64,000 bases of DNA from Bacillota bacterium (GCA_024679955.1 JAILCQ010000010.1:15277-79276); one strand, 5' to 3'; counted from the first letter of the stretch, positions 19,178 through 28,400 are shown. Notes: generated from the sequence alone by a model not told the origin. A program made the numbers and translations.

Positions 19178-20806
19178 TTATTCCGCTTTGATCCGGGGAA
19201 AACTCATGGCGCCGATGAACTCTTCCTGAAAATTGGGACAGTCGGCCAATTCCACATGTTCGATCTCCGCCAGCTTGTTGTAAATGTACTGCCGCTCCTT
19301 GGAGGACAGCAAGGCGATGGAGGAGCCTGCGCCGGCGGCGTTGCCCAGAGGAATGATATGATCCAAGGGAATATTGGGCAGCAGCCCCAAAACCACGGCG
19401 CTTTCCTTATTAATAAAGTTGCCGAAAGCGCCGGCCAGCAGCACGGTGTCGATATCCGCCACGGTTTTGCCGGCGGCCTGCAGCATCAGCAGGATGCCGC
19501 TGTAGATGGCCCCTTTGCCCAATTGCATTTGCCGTACGTCTTTGTGGTTGAGGACGATTTCCCGTCCGTCGTCGCCTTGGGCCAAAACGAACTCGGTGAT
19601 ATTGTCTTCGGTCTTGTGCAAACGCCATGCCAGATCCGGCGGCAATTCCTGCTGCGCCGCTTTCTGGCTGATCATTTTGCCGGAGGGCAGGATGACGCCG
19701 GCGGTGATCAGCGCCGCGGTGGCGTCGATCAGGCCGGAGCCGCAAATGCCCCTGGCTGGCGCGTCGTCTACGGTATGCACCAGCAGCTTGCCTTCGATGA
19801 CCTTGACGCTTTCAATGGCGCCGGCGGCGGCCCGCATGCCGTGATGGATGGAAGCCCCTTCAAAGGCCGGGCCGGCTGCGGTGGAGCAGGCCCAGGTATG
19901 GCCGTCGGCCTGCAGGATCACTTCGCCGTTGGTGCCCAGGTCGATGAGGATATGCACGCCGCTTTTTTCCATCAGGCGGGAGGTCAATATGCCCGCCACC
20001 AGGTCGGAACCTACATGGCCGGCGATATTCGGCAGCAAGTAGACGTCGCCTTCCGGATGGATGCGAATGCCGATCTCCGTGGCTTTTAATTCCTTGGGGC
20101 CGGTAAAGGCCGGCGTAAAGGGTATCCTGGCCAGGGTGGAAGGGGAGAGGCCCAGGAACAAATGGCTCATGGTGGTATTGCCAACCACGGTGGCTTTGCG
20201 GATTAAGTCCCGCTGGATGGAATGCCTTTCGATCAGCGTATCCGCCAGTTCGTTGAGACAGCCGATGATTTTATCGTGCATGACCTGCAGATTGCCGGGC
20301 TTTTCTTCGCAGTAGTTGATCCTGGTGATGACGTCCGCGCCGAAAACGCTCTGAGGATTGGTTTGGGCGGCAATGTCGATCAATTCTGCCTCTTTCATAT
20401 CCCACAGCATACATACCACGGTGGTGGTGCCGATATCGAAAGCCAGACCGTAGCATTGCTCTGCGGTTTTTTCCGGTACGAAATCATCGGGGAAATATAA
20501 CAGTTTGGTCTTGCGGGCGTCGGCGTTTTTCATCTTCGGCACCAGGATGCGCATATTGTCTATGACATGCACCCGGCAGGCCAGGCGATAGCCCTGATCC
20601 AATTCTTCTTGAGGGATCAGCTCCTTTTCCGCTTCGTCCGCCGGCGGGGTTTTGCCGGAAACCACCTGGATCTTGCAGCAGCCGCAAACGCCGGCCCCGG
20701 CGCAGCTGCCGTCGATATGTATACCGGCCTCGAACAATACCTGCAGCAAAGAGGTGCCTTCCGCTACCTGGCATTTGATATTATTGGGCAAAATGGTTAT
20801 TTCCAT
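19178..20806 (-). CDS. ramA: RamA-type reductive activator of corrinoid proteins (N-terminal 2Fe-2S ferredoxin + ASKHA ATPase domain)
   Basis: 542 aa. N-terminal CAGAGVCGCC…C ferredoxin cysteines. DIGTTTV and LIDLGTNGE actin-fold phosphate motifs. RBS AAAGGAG. Confidence 0.85.
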   Translation of the reverse strand: MEITILPNNIKCQVAEGTSLLQVLFEAGIHIDGSCAGAGVCGCCKIQVVSGKTPPADEAEKELIPQEELDQGYRLACRVHVIDNMRILVPKMKNADARKTKLLYFPDDFVPEKTAEQCYGLAFDIGTTTVVCMLWDMKEAELIDIAAQTNPQSVFGADVITRINYCEEKPGNLQVMHDKIIGCLNELADTLIERHSIQRDLIRKATVVGNTTMSHLFLGLSPSTLARIPFTPAFTGPKELKATEIGIRIHPEGDVYLLPNIAGHVGSDLVAGILTSRLMEKSGVHILIDLGTNGEVILQADGHTWACSTAAGPAFEGASIHHGMRAAAGAIESVKVIEGKLLVHTVDDAPARGICGSGLIDATAALITAGVILPSGKMISQKAAQQELPPDLAWRLHKTEDNITEFVLAQGDDGREIVLNHKDVRQMQLGKGAIYSGILLMLQAAGKTVADIDTVLLAGAFGNFINKESAVVLGLLPNIPLDHIIPLGNAAGAGSSIALLSSKERQYIYNKLAEIEHVELADCPNFQEEFIGAMSFPRIKAE

Positions 20807-21009
20807 GCAGAGAAACTCCTTTAAATCGTGGAACGGTGAAAAGACAGATTATGGATGCTATTTCAGTGTGCTGCCGTCAAAAAACGTTCCGAATTTATTA
20901 TTCAACATATAGTATTGTGTGTGTAAGTCTAAACTCCTGCCGGGATGCCCACTGTTTTCCATATATTTTTGCGGGGAAATTTTTTTCGGCGAAAGCGATG
21001 GATTGCCGC

Positions 21010-21062
21010 TTGTATTCCCTCCGTTTTTTTGGTAATATATTAGGGTAGATCATGTATGATCT
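21010..21062 (+). promoter_or_regulatory. Promoter (TTGTAT-17-TAATAT) with a 16-bp palindrome AGATCATgtATGATCT at the predicted start site: candidate operator of the YheO-type regulator gene
   Basis: TTGTAT 21010-21015, TAATAT 21033-21038. Perfect 7-bp inverted arms at 21047-21062. Confidence 0.5.
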
Positions 21063-21156
21063 GCTTTTGTGTCTATTTTTTTCTTCGCCATTCGACGCCG
21101 GGTCCCAAGCCCTCCGGCAGACAAAACCAACGTTTGGCGGCTGCGGAGGTATCGCT

Positions 21157-21804
21157 GTGCATGAAAAACTGAAATTCTATTTGGACTTTGCTGAGTTTTT
21201 AGGCAAATCCGTGGATAAGAATACCGAAGTCGTTTTGCATGAGACGGTAGGCGACAATCCCGGTATCGTATATATTTATAACGGATATGTCAGCGGCCGG
21301 CAGGTCGGCGCGCCGTTAAGCGAGTTTTCTCAGGAAATGGTCAACAATAAAGAAGACCATTCCCTTTACCGCGTCAATTATGCCACGGTGGCCAACGATG
21401 GCAGCATCCTTCGTTCGTCCAGTTTCTTTATCCGCGACGACGACAATACGCTGCTGGGAATATTGTGCATCAATTCCAATGTTTCCCAGTACCTGCAGCT
21501 CAGCGAACAATTGCGGGAGCTGGCCGGGCTGTCTTTTGATGAAGAAGTGTCGGACGGCGACGATACGCAAATCTATCTGACTTCCGCCAAAGATGTTATA
21601 TTGGAAAATATCCAAAGCATTTTGACTGATATGAACGTCAACACACCGCCCAACCGTTTGACCGCCGCCGAAAAACAAATCGTCATCAATGTGCTGCACA
21701 AACGGGGTATTTTCAATCTAAAGGGATCCGTGGCCAAGGTGGCGGCCATCATGTGCGTTTCCGAGCCGACGATATACCGCTATTTGCCGAAAAGCAATCT
21801 GTAA
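21157..21804 (+). CDS. YheO-type transcriptional regulator (PAS-like sensor + C-terminal HTH)
   Basis: Matches E. coli YheO blocks (VVLHE…, GYVSGRQVGAPLS, LLGILCINSNV, EKQIVINVLHKRGIFNLKGSVAKVAA…EPTIYRYL). GTG 21157 preceded by GGAGGT. Upstream ATG 21052 lies inside the promoter/operator. Confidence 0.78.
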   Translation: MHEKLKFYLDFAEFLGKSVDKNTEVVLHETVGDNPGIVYIYNGYVSGRQVGAPLSEFSQEMVNNKEDHSLYRVNYATVANDGSILRSSSFFIRDDDNTLLGILCINSNVSQYLQLSEQLRELAGLSFDEEVSDGDDTQIYLTSAKDVILENIQSILTDMNVNTPPNRLTAAEKQIVINVLHKRGIFNLKGSVAKVAAIMCVSEPTIYRYLPKSNL

Positions 21805-21888
21805 AAGCAGGCCGGGACGGTGGGCGCAAAATGTTTTCCCTGCGCCTTGGCCGGAGAAAAATTTTTTTCTTTTCGCGATAAAAATTTA

Positions 21889-21917
21889 TCAAAAGGGATT
21901 GCAATTCTTAGTGATTT
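21889..21917 (+). promoter_or_regulatory. sigma-A promoter (TTGCAA-17-TAGAAT) for the MT2-GTPase operon
   Basis: TTGCAA 21889-21894, 17-nt spacer, TAGAAT 21912-21917, in an AT-rich 190-nt spacer. Confidence 0.55.
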
Positions 21918-21994
21918 GGTATAGAATTAAAACAAAAATTTAGCGTAAAGCTAATTGGTCAATCATATATATTATATTTTAGGAGGTCTTTTGC

Positions 21995-23356
21995 ATGAAC
22001 GGAAAAGAATTACTGTTTGAAGTGTTGCGTCATCATGACACGCCGCGGGTTCCTTGGGTGCCTTTCGCCGGTATCCATGCCGGTAAACTGGCCAACTACA
22101 CCGCCCAGGAAATCCTCATGGACGGAGACAAACTCTTTAAATCCCTGATGGAGGTCAACAAAATTTACCGTCCCGACGGACAACCGGTATTGTTCGACCT
22201 GCAAATGGAAGCGGAAATTTTGGGCTGCGAATTGCTGTGGGCCGAATACGCGCCTCCGTCCGTAATGAGCCATCCCCTGGAAAACACCAAAACCATTCCC
22301 TGCTCCTGCACCATTCCGGAAAAAACCGACGGACGTCTGCCCATGGCCTTGGACGTCATGCGCCGGATGAAAGAGGCCGTTGGCGAAACCACCGCTTTGT
22401 ACGGCCTGACCACCGGTCCTTTGACCCTGGCTTCCCATTTGCGGGGCACCAATCTGTTCCGGGATATGCGCAAAGACGGCGAATATGTAAAAGAGCTGTT
22501 TAATTACTGCAACGAAGTCAACAAAGCCATGGCGGACTACTATATCGAAGCCGGCATGGACGTGATCGCCGCCGTTGACCCGGTATTGTCCCAGATCTCC
22601 GCCAAGCACTTTGAGACTTATCTGATGGATTGCTATACGGATCTGTTCAACCACATCCGTGAAAAAGGCGCTTTTGCCGCGTTCTTCGTCTGCGGCGACG
22701 CCACCCGCAACATCGAAGTGATGTGCCAATCCGGTCCGGACTGCATCGCCGTGGACGAAAACGTCAACATGGCCCAGGCCAAGGAAATCACCGACAAATA
22801 CAATATCGCCCTGTGCGGCAATATCCCGCTGACCACCACCATGTTGTTCGGCACCCAGCAGGACAATATGAAATACGCCTTGGAAATGCTGGATACCCTG
22901 AATCATCACAACCTGATTATTGCCCCCGGCTGCGATATGCCCTATGATATCCCCATCGAAAACACCGTGGGTGTGGTACAGGCCCTGCATGAACCGGAAC
23001 AGGTTCGCGAAATCCTCAAGAACTACGAAGCGCCTATCGACGAAGACGTGGATGTGGAACTGCCGGATTACAACAATCTGCCCCGTCCTTTGGTGGAAGC
23101 CTATACTTTGGACTCCGCTTCCTGCGCCGCCTGCACCTATATGTATGCCGCCGCTATGGACGTCAAGAAACATTTCGGCGACAAAGTCGACGTGGTGGAA
23201 TACAAATACATCAACAAGGAAGATATCCCGCGCTTCAAAAAGCTCGGCATCCAGCATCTGCCCAGCCTCTTGATCAACGGCGAACTGAAATATTCCTCCA
23301 TCATTCCCGAACGGCAGGAATTGTTTGATGAAGTCGAAAAACTCTTGAACAAATAA
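21995..23356 (+). CDS. URO-D-family methylcorrinoid methyltransferase (MtaA/MtbA-like MT2) fused to a C-terminal thioredoxin-like CxxC domain
   Basis: Residues about 1-340 show the URO-D/MtaA pattern (…LIIAPGCDMPYDIPIENT…). Residues about 355-453 (LVEAYTLDSASCAACTYMY…VDVVEYKY…LPSLLINGELKYS…) give the beta-CxxC-alpha / cis-Pro-beta thioredoxin_3 / glutaredoxin-like pattern. RBS AGGAGG. Confidence 0.8.
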   Translation: MNGKELLFEVLRHHDTPRVPWVPFAGIHAGKLANYTAQEILMDGDKLFKSLMEVNKIYRPDGQPVLFDLQMEAEILGCELLWAEYAPPSVMSHPLENTKTIPCSCTIPEKTDGRLPMALDVMRRMKEAVGETTALYGLTTGPLTLASHLRGTNLFRDMRKDGEYVKELFNYCNEVNKAMADYYIEAGMDVIAAVDPVLSQISAKHFETYLMDCYTDLFNHIREKGAFAAFFVCGDATRNIEVMCQSGPDCIAVDENVNMAQAKEITDKYNIALCGNIPLTTTMLFGTQQDNMKYALEMLDTLNHHNLIIAPGCDMPYDIPIENTVGVVQALHEPEQVREILKNYEAPIDEDVDVELPDYNNLPRPLVEAYTLDSASCAACTYMYAAAMDVKKHFGDKVDVVEYKYINKEDIPRFKKLGIQHLPSLLINGELKYSSIIPERQELFDEVEKLLNK

Positions 23357-23466
23357 AGCATAATCATATCAAACACAACCATCAAAGCATAACGCGCCAG
23401 GGTTTATTTCCTTTGGCGTGTTATGCTTTATGAGCAAGCGTATGCGGAAAGGGAAAGGGAAAGGCT

Positions 23467-24438
23467 ATGTTTAAGATTTCTGACGAAGGTATGAGCATTG
23501 CCAGCGGCAGGATCAAACTGTATATCGTCAACGGCTTTTTGGGCGCCGGCAAAACCACGATGATGCAGCAATTGATGGACGTTTGGCATGACAAAAAAAT
23601 GGCAATCATCGTCAACGAATTCGGCGACGCCGGCATGGACGGCGCCGTTTTGGCCCAGGAAGGCATCAAATTAACGGAGATCAATAACGGCTCCATATTC
23701 TGCACCTGCCGGGCGGAGAATTTTATCGAAGCTTTGGTACAGATGACCAATTTAGACGTTTCCTTGGTGCTGGTAGAAAGCTCCGGTCTGGCCAATCCCG
23801 CCGGCGTGGGCAAAATCGTTTCTTTGGTGCAAAAAATGACCAATGACAGCTATGAGTATAAGGGCAGCCTGACCATGGTGGACGTCCTGGGCTTCTGGGA
23901 TGTGCGCTATACCTCGGTCATGGCGCAGCAGCAGGTGATCTGCAGCGATCTGCTGGTGGTGAATAAAATCGATTTGGCCACAGAAGAGGAAATCGAAGAA
24001 ATCGAAGCGGAATTGCGCCAGATGAACCCCTATGCCGATATCGTTCGCGCCACCTTTGCCAAAGTGGACCGCAAAGTCTTCGACCAGATGGACGGACATT
24101 ACAGCGCCAGCGACCGCAACTGGGGTGGCGGCAAAGTGATCGGCACCCAAAAATGGCTGGTTTCCTTCAAAGGCGATTACCGTCAGGAAGATGTGGAACA
24201 ATGGCTGAAGCTGATCGCCCCCTATATGTACCGGGCCAAAGGCTTTGTGAAGATCGACGGAGCCTGGCATTACATCGACAGCACCAATACCTTGATCAGC
24301 ATCAAGGATACCAATATCGAGCCGGAAGAAGACAGCGCGGTGATTTTGGCCCCCGGTAATCAGCCCATCAAAGAAAAAATGGACGAAGCCTGGAAACAAG
24401 TCTTCGGCGGCAGCGATAAAGAACTGGTCTATATGTGA
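23467..24438 (+). CDS. COG0523 / CobW-family G3E GTPase (metallochaperone-type)
   Basis: GFLGAGKTT Walker A, a Cys-x-Cys metal motif (SIFCTCRAE), VVNKIDL G4 box and a C-terminal CobW_C-like domain. Partial hairpin terminator between it and the MT2 gene. Confidence 0.8.
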   Translation: MFKISDEGMSIASGRIKLYIVNGFLGAGKTTMMQQLMDVWHDKKMAIIVNEFGDAGMDGAVLAQEGIKLTEINNGSIFCTCRAENFIEALVQMTNLDVSLVLVESSGLANPAGVGKIVSLVQKMTNDSYEYKGSLTMVDVLGFWDVRYTSVMAQQQVICSDLLVVNKIDLATEEEIEEIEAELRQMNPYADIVRATFAKVDRKVFDQMDGHYSASDRNWGGGKVIGTQKWLVSFKGDYRQEDVEQWLKLIAPYMYRAKGFVKIDGAWHYIDSTNTLISIKDTNIEPEEDSAVILAPGNQPIKEKMDEAWKQVFGGSDKELVYM

Positions 24439-24674
24439 TCGCTTTTGCGACTTATCTGGGTTCAAACATCACATCAGCAACATCAGCGGGGGCGGTTCTT
24501 TGTCTCAGGATTGATACCAAGGAACCGTCCCCGGTGAATAATAACGGCGAATGTTTGAATCCTACTATCGCCAAGCCGCAAGTTTTTCTTTACATTCCTC
24601 AAAACAGGCTCTCACCCTGCGCCGGTTTATGGCATATGATGTGCCATAGATAAAGCGTAAGGGTGAGTTTTTAT

Positions 24675-25547
24675 ATGGCGAAACAAAAAATAGCGTTTTT
24701 GGGAGGGGACAAGAGAAACGTTTATATCCTGCGCCGCCTGTGGGAATTGGGCTATCGGGGGTCGGCTTTCGCGATCCCGCCGCAGTTTTTGCCGCCGGGT
24801 GTGGATTTTGCGGAAAGCGCCGGGGAGGCGTTGTCCCGGGCGGCGGCGGTGGTGCTGCCCGTAGGCGGTTTGGGCCCGGCGGGCTATCTGCCGAATTTGC
24901 TGGGCGATCCGGTCTATGCCGGTGCGGAGGATTGGGCGGAGATTATGCCCGGGGCCGTCGTCCTCACCGGGGTCTGCGGCGAGTATTTGCCGGATATCGC
25001 CAAGGCCCATGATTTGCGCATGGTTTCCGCCATGGACTACGAGGAAGTGGCTCAGCCTTTGGCGGCGGCCACTGCGGAGGGGGCTTTGGCCATGGCCATC
25101 AGCCTGAGCGAAGGCCTGCTGGCGGCCAGCCGTTGCCTGGTGGTGGGCTACGGCCGTATCGGCCGGGAGCTATCCCGGCGGCTGCGGGCTTTGTCCGCTG
25201 AAGTCATCGTGTTCAATCGCGGCTCCCGCCGGGGCAACCGGGCCCGGGCGGAGGGCTTTGATTTGGCCCCTTGGCAGGATTTGCCGGAACGCCTGGAACA
25301 GGCGGATCATATTTTCTCTACCGTACCGGCGCTGGTCTTTGACCGGGAACTGCTGCGGCGGATCCCCGACGGCGCTTTGCTGATCGATCTGGCCTCGTCG
25401 CCGGGGGGCGTGGATTGGGCTGCGGCGGCGGAGCTGCCGGTGCAGGCGGTTCCGGGCAACGGCTTGCCGGGAAAATACGCGCCGGCTTTTGCCGGCCGGG
25501 TGATGGCCGGTCTGTACGGCCGTATCCTGGCGGAATCTTTATCCTAG
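24675..25547 (+). CDS. dpaA: Dipicolinate synthase subunit A
   Basis: SpoVFA-like dehydrogenase-fold sequence. ATG 24675 with RBS AAGGGTGAG. Followed by dpaB-asd-dapA as in the B. subtilis spoVF-asd-dapA region. Confidence 0.85.
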   Translation: MAKQKIAFLGGDKRNVYILRRLWELGYRGSAFAIPPQFLPPGVDFAESAGEALSRAAAVVLPVGGLGPAGYLPNLLGDPVYAGAEDWAEIMPGAVVLTGVCGEYLPDIAKAHDLRMVSAMDYEEVAQPLAAATAEGALAMAISLSEGLLAASRCLVVGYGRIGRELSRRLRALSAEVIVFNRGSRRGNRARAEGFDLAPWQDLPERLEQADHIFSTVPALVFDRELLRRIPDGALLIDLASSPGGVDWAAAAELPVQAVPGNGLPGKYAPAFAGRVMAGLYGRILAESLS

Positions 25548-25561
25548 GGGAGGCGACGTCC

Positions 25562-26170
25562 ATGTGCCATTCGGGCTTGAACGGATTGAAAATAGGTTTT
25601 GCTTTGACCGGCTCCCATTGTTCCCTGGCCAAAGCCCTGTCGGTGATGGCCGCTCTCAAAGAACAGGGCGGGGAGATATTGCCCATCCTTTCGCCCAGCG
25701 TCCAGTCTACCGACAGCCGCTTCGGCGAAGCCGTCTATTGGCGGCGGGAGATCCGGCGCGTCAGCGGCGCGGCGCAGATCATCGACAGCATCCCCCTGGC
25801 GGAGCCCATCGGGCCGAAAAAGCTTTTGGATATTCTGTTGATCTGCCCCTGCTCCGGCAATACTTTGGCCAAATTGGCCGCCGGCATCACCGATACGCCG
25901 GTGTTGATGGCCGCCAAGGCGCATCTGCGCATCGGCCGCCCTTTGACCCTGGCTGTGGCCACCAACGACGCCTTGAGCGCCAACGCCAAAAATATCGGCC
26001 AGCTTTTGAATTGCAAAAACGTCTTTTTTGTGCCCTTTCGCCAGGACGCCCCCTTTGAAAAGCCCAATTCCCTGGTGGCGGCCTGGGATCTGGTGGCGGA
26101 AACTTTGCTTTGCGCTCTGGAATACAAACAAAAGCAGCCTTTGCTTTTGGCTTCTCCGGCTCCGGTATGA
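25562..26170 (+). CDS. dpaB: Dipicolinate synthase subunit B (flavoprotein)
   Basis: 203 aa with block-by-block match to SpoVFB (GFALTGSHCS…PVLMAAKAHLR…IFFVPFRQDAPF…). RBS GGGGAGG. Confidence 0.88.
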   Translation: MCHSGLNGLKIGFALTGSHCSLAKALSVMAALKEQGGEILPILSPSVQSTDSRFGEAVYWRREIRRVSGAAQIIDSIPLAEPIGPKKLLDILLICPCSGNTLAKLAAGITDTPVLMAAKAHLRIGRPLTLAVATNDALSANAKNIGQLLNCKNVFFVPFRQDAPFEKPNSLVAAWDLVAETLLCALEYKQKQPLLLASPAPV

Positions 26171-26389
26171 CGGCCTGCCCCCAAAGCCGCTGTCGGGAAA
26201 TGCATTTTTTCATTCTCCATGGATATGCCGGGCGGGCTATTGCCTTTTGCGGGAATAAGGTGTTATAATAATACAATATAAACGGTTGCGCGAAACCGCC
26301 GGGCGTATCGCCCCTATGCATTTTCACCGGCGTATGGGGGAACGCGGAGGCGGTAATATAAATCTATTAAATCGTATAGGAGTAAAACA

Positions 26390-27415
26390 ATGACGGGTTA
26401 TCATGTCGCGATCGTCGGCGCCACCGGCGCCGTCGGCCATGAATTGCTGAAGATTTTGGCGGAAAGAAATTTCCCCGTAGAACGGCTGACCTTGCTGGCC
26501 AGCGAGCGCAGCGAAGGCAAAACCATCCAATGGCAGGGACGGGAGTATCAGGTACATCAAACCACGGAGCACAGCTTTGCCGGCGTGGATATCGCTTTGT
26601 TCGCCGGCGGTTCCGCCGCCCTGACCTATGGCCCCCCTGCCGTAAAGGCCGGCGCTGTGGTCATCGACAACAGTAGCAATTTCCGCTACGATCCTCAAGT
26701 GCCTTTGGTGGTCCCCGAGGTGAATCCGGAAGACGTCCGTTGGCATAAGGGCATCATCGCCAATCCCAATTGTTCCACGATACAAATGGTAGTGGCTTTG
26801 AAACCTTTGCATGACGCCGCCAAAATCAAAAAAATCATCGTCTCCACCTATCAGGCGGTCAGCGGCGCCGGCTTGCCCGGCCTGCGGGAATTGCAAACCC
26901 AAACCGAGCAGATTTGCCGCGGCGAGCAGGTCACGCCTTCCGCTTTTCCCTATCAGATCGCTTTCAACGTCATCCCCAACATAGACGTGTTGCTGGACAA
27001 CGGCTACTACAAAGAAGAAATGAAAATGGTATGGGAAACCCGGAAAATGTTCCATGACGAAGATATCAAGGTAAGCGCCACCGCGGTGCGGGTGCCCGTG
27101 TACCGCAGCCACAGTGAAGCGATCACCATAGAAACGGAACGTCCCCTTTCGCCGGAGCAGGCGCGGGAGATCTTATCCGCCGCCGAAAATGTGGTGGTGG
27201 TGGACGATCCGGCCAATAAAAAATATCCTATGCCCTTGTACTGCAGCGATACGGATCAGGTGTATGTGGGCAGGATCCGCAAGGATTTGGTGTTTGACAA
27301 CGGCCTTTCCCTTTGGGTCGTGGCCGACCAGATCCGCAAAGGCGCCGCCACCAACGCCGTACAGATCGCTGAATTGCTGGTTCGTGAAAATATGTTAGGT
27401 GCAAACAGGGGGTAG
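26390..27415 (+). CDS. asd: Aspartate-semialdehyde dehydrogenase
   Basis: VAIVGATGAVG NAD fold and active-site region IANPNCSTIQ. Confidence 0.93.
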   Translation: MTGYHVAIVGATGAVGHELLKILAERNFPVERLTLLASERSEGKTIQWQGREYQVHQTTEHSFAGVDIALFAGGSAALTYGPPAVKAGAVVIDNSSNFRYDPQVPLVVPEVNPEDVRWHKGIIANPNCSTIQMVVALKPLHDAAKIKKIIVSTYQAVSGAGLPGLRELQTQTEQICRGEQVTPSAFPYQIAFNVIPNIDVLLDNGYYKEEMKMVWETRKMFHDEDIKVSATAVRVPVYRSHSEAITIETERPLSPEQAREILSAAENVVVVDDPANKKYPMPLYCSDTDQVYVGRIRKDLVFDNGLSLWVVADQIRKGAATNAVQIAELLVRENMLGANRG

Positions 27416-27419
27416 AATC

Positions 27420-28298
27420 ATGGATTTTGGTACGGTTATTACCGCTATGGCAACGCCTATGGATGCAAATCGGGCGGTGGATTATGATGGCGCGCAGCGT
27501 TTGGCCGAATATTTGCTGGCCAACGGTTCCGACGCTTTGGTGGTTTGCGGCACCACCGGCGAATCCCCTACGTTGAGCAAAGAAGAAAAACTAAAAATGT
27601 TTGCCGCCGTCCTGGAAGTGGCCAAAGGCAAAGCGCCGGTGATCGCCGGCACCTCTACCTATGATACGGCGGCGTCAGTGGAATTGAGCAAAAAGGCGGA
27701 GGCTTTGGGCGTAGACGGTTTGCTGACCGTGACGCCGTATTATAACAAACCGCCGCAGGAAGGGGTTTTCCAGCATTTGCAGGCCATCGCTCAGGCCGTT
27801 TCCCTGCCGGTGATCCTCTACAATGTGCCCTCTCGTACCAATGTGAATCTGATGCCGCAAACCGTAGCCCGTTTGGCGCAGATCGAAAACGTGGTGGCGG
27901 TGAAAGAGGCTTCCAGCAACCCGGAACAGGTGATGGCTATACGCCAATGTACGCCGCCGGATTTTATCATCTATTCCGGCGACGATGCTGAGACCCTGCA
28001 TGTTTTGGAGTTGGGCGGTATAGGCGTGATCAGCGTGGCTTCTCATTTGGTGGGCAAGCAGATCAAGGAAATGATCGACTGTTACAATCGGGACGATATG
28101 GCGGGCGCCCAGGCGCTGCATGAGAAATACGGTATGCTGTTTAAAAAAATGTTCTTATGCGCCAATCCCATCCCGCTGAAATTCTGCCTGAATCAGTTGG
28201 GCTTACCGGCCGGCCCCTGCCGTTTGCCTTTATGCGAAGCATCGGCGGACATTCAGGAACAGTTAGTGGAAATGCTGCGGCAATATGAATTGCAATAA
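27420..28298 (+). CDS. dapA: 4-hydroxy-tetrahydrodipicolinate synthase
   Basis: TAMATPM…VVCGTTGESPTLS…TPYYNKP DapA motifs. RBS GGGGGT. Confidence 0.92.
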   Translation: MDFGTVITAMATPMDANRAVDYDGAQRLAEYLLANGSDALVVCGTTGESPTLSKEEKLKMFAAVLEVAKGKAPVIAGTSTYDTAASVELSKKAEALGVDGLLTVTPYYNKPPQEGVFQHLQAIAQAVSLPVILYNVPSRTNVNLMPQTVARLAQIENVVAVKEASSNPEQVMAIRQCTPPDFIIYSGDDAETLHVLELGGIGVISVASHLVGKQIKEMIDCYNRDDMAGAQALHEKYGMLFKKMFLCANPIPLKFCLNQLGLPAGPCRLPLCEASADIQEQLVEMLRQYELQ

Positions 28299-28299
28299 G

Positions 28300-28400
28300 C
28301 AAATCGCAGTAAGAGATCGCAATAAAGAAATCGCGAAGAACTCGCAATACGTAAATCGCAATAAGAAAACTACGGTAAGAAAAACACAATAAAAATCGCG
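28300..28400 (+). repeat. Degenerate tandem array (6-7 copies) of an 11-14-bp unit ATCGCAATAAGAA
   Basis: aaatcgcagtaagag / atcgcaataaagaa / atcgcgaagaac / tcgcaatacgta / aatcgcaataagaaaac / tacggtaagaaaaac. Immediately after the dapA stop, before a GCGGCG hairpin. Confidence 0.7.

Noticed and set aside
21052-21156. ATG 21052 as start of the YheO-type regulator (ORF-track start)
   Set aside because: That ATG lies inside the palindrome immediately after the -10 element and has no RBS. GTG 21157 is preceded by GGAGGT and gives a YheO-sized protein.
23441-23462. (GGGAAA)3 microsatellite before the COG0523 gene
   Set aside because: Only three copies, and it overlaps the RBS region. Probably just a purine-rich Shine-Dalgarno stretch, not a repeat element.
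24439-24674. sigma-K promoter upstream of dpaA (CATATGATG / CATAGATAA)
   Set aside because: Neither candidate fits CATAnnnTA exactly, and no convincing -35 is present. Mother-cell expression of dpaAB is expected but not demonstrable from sequence.
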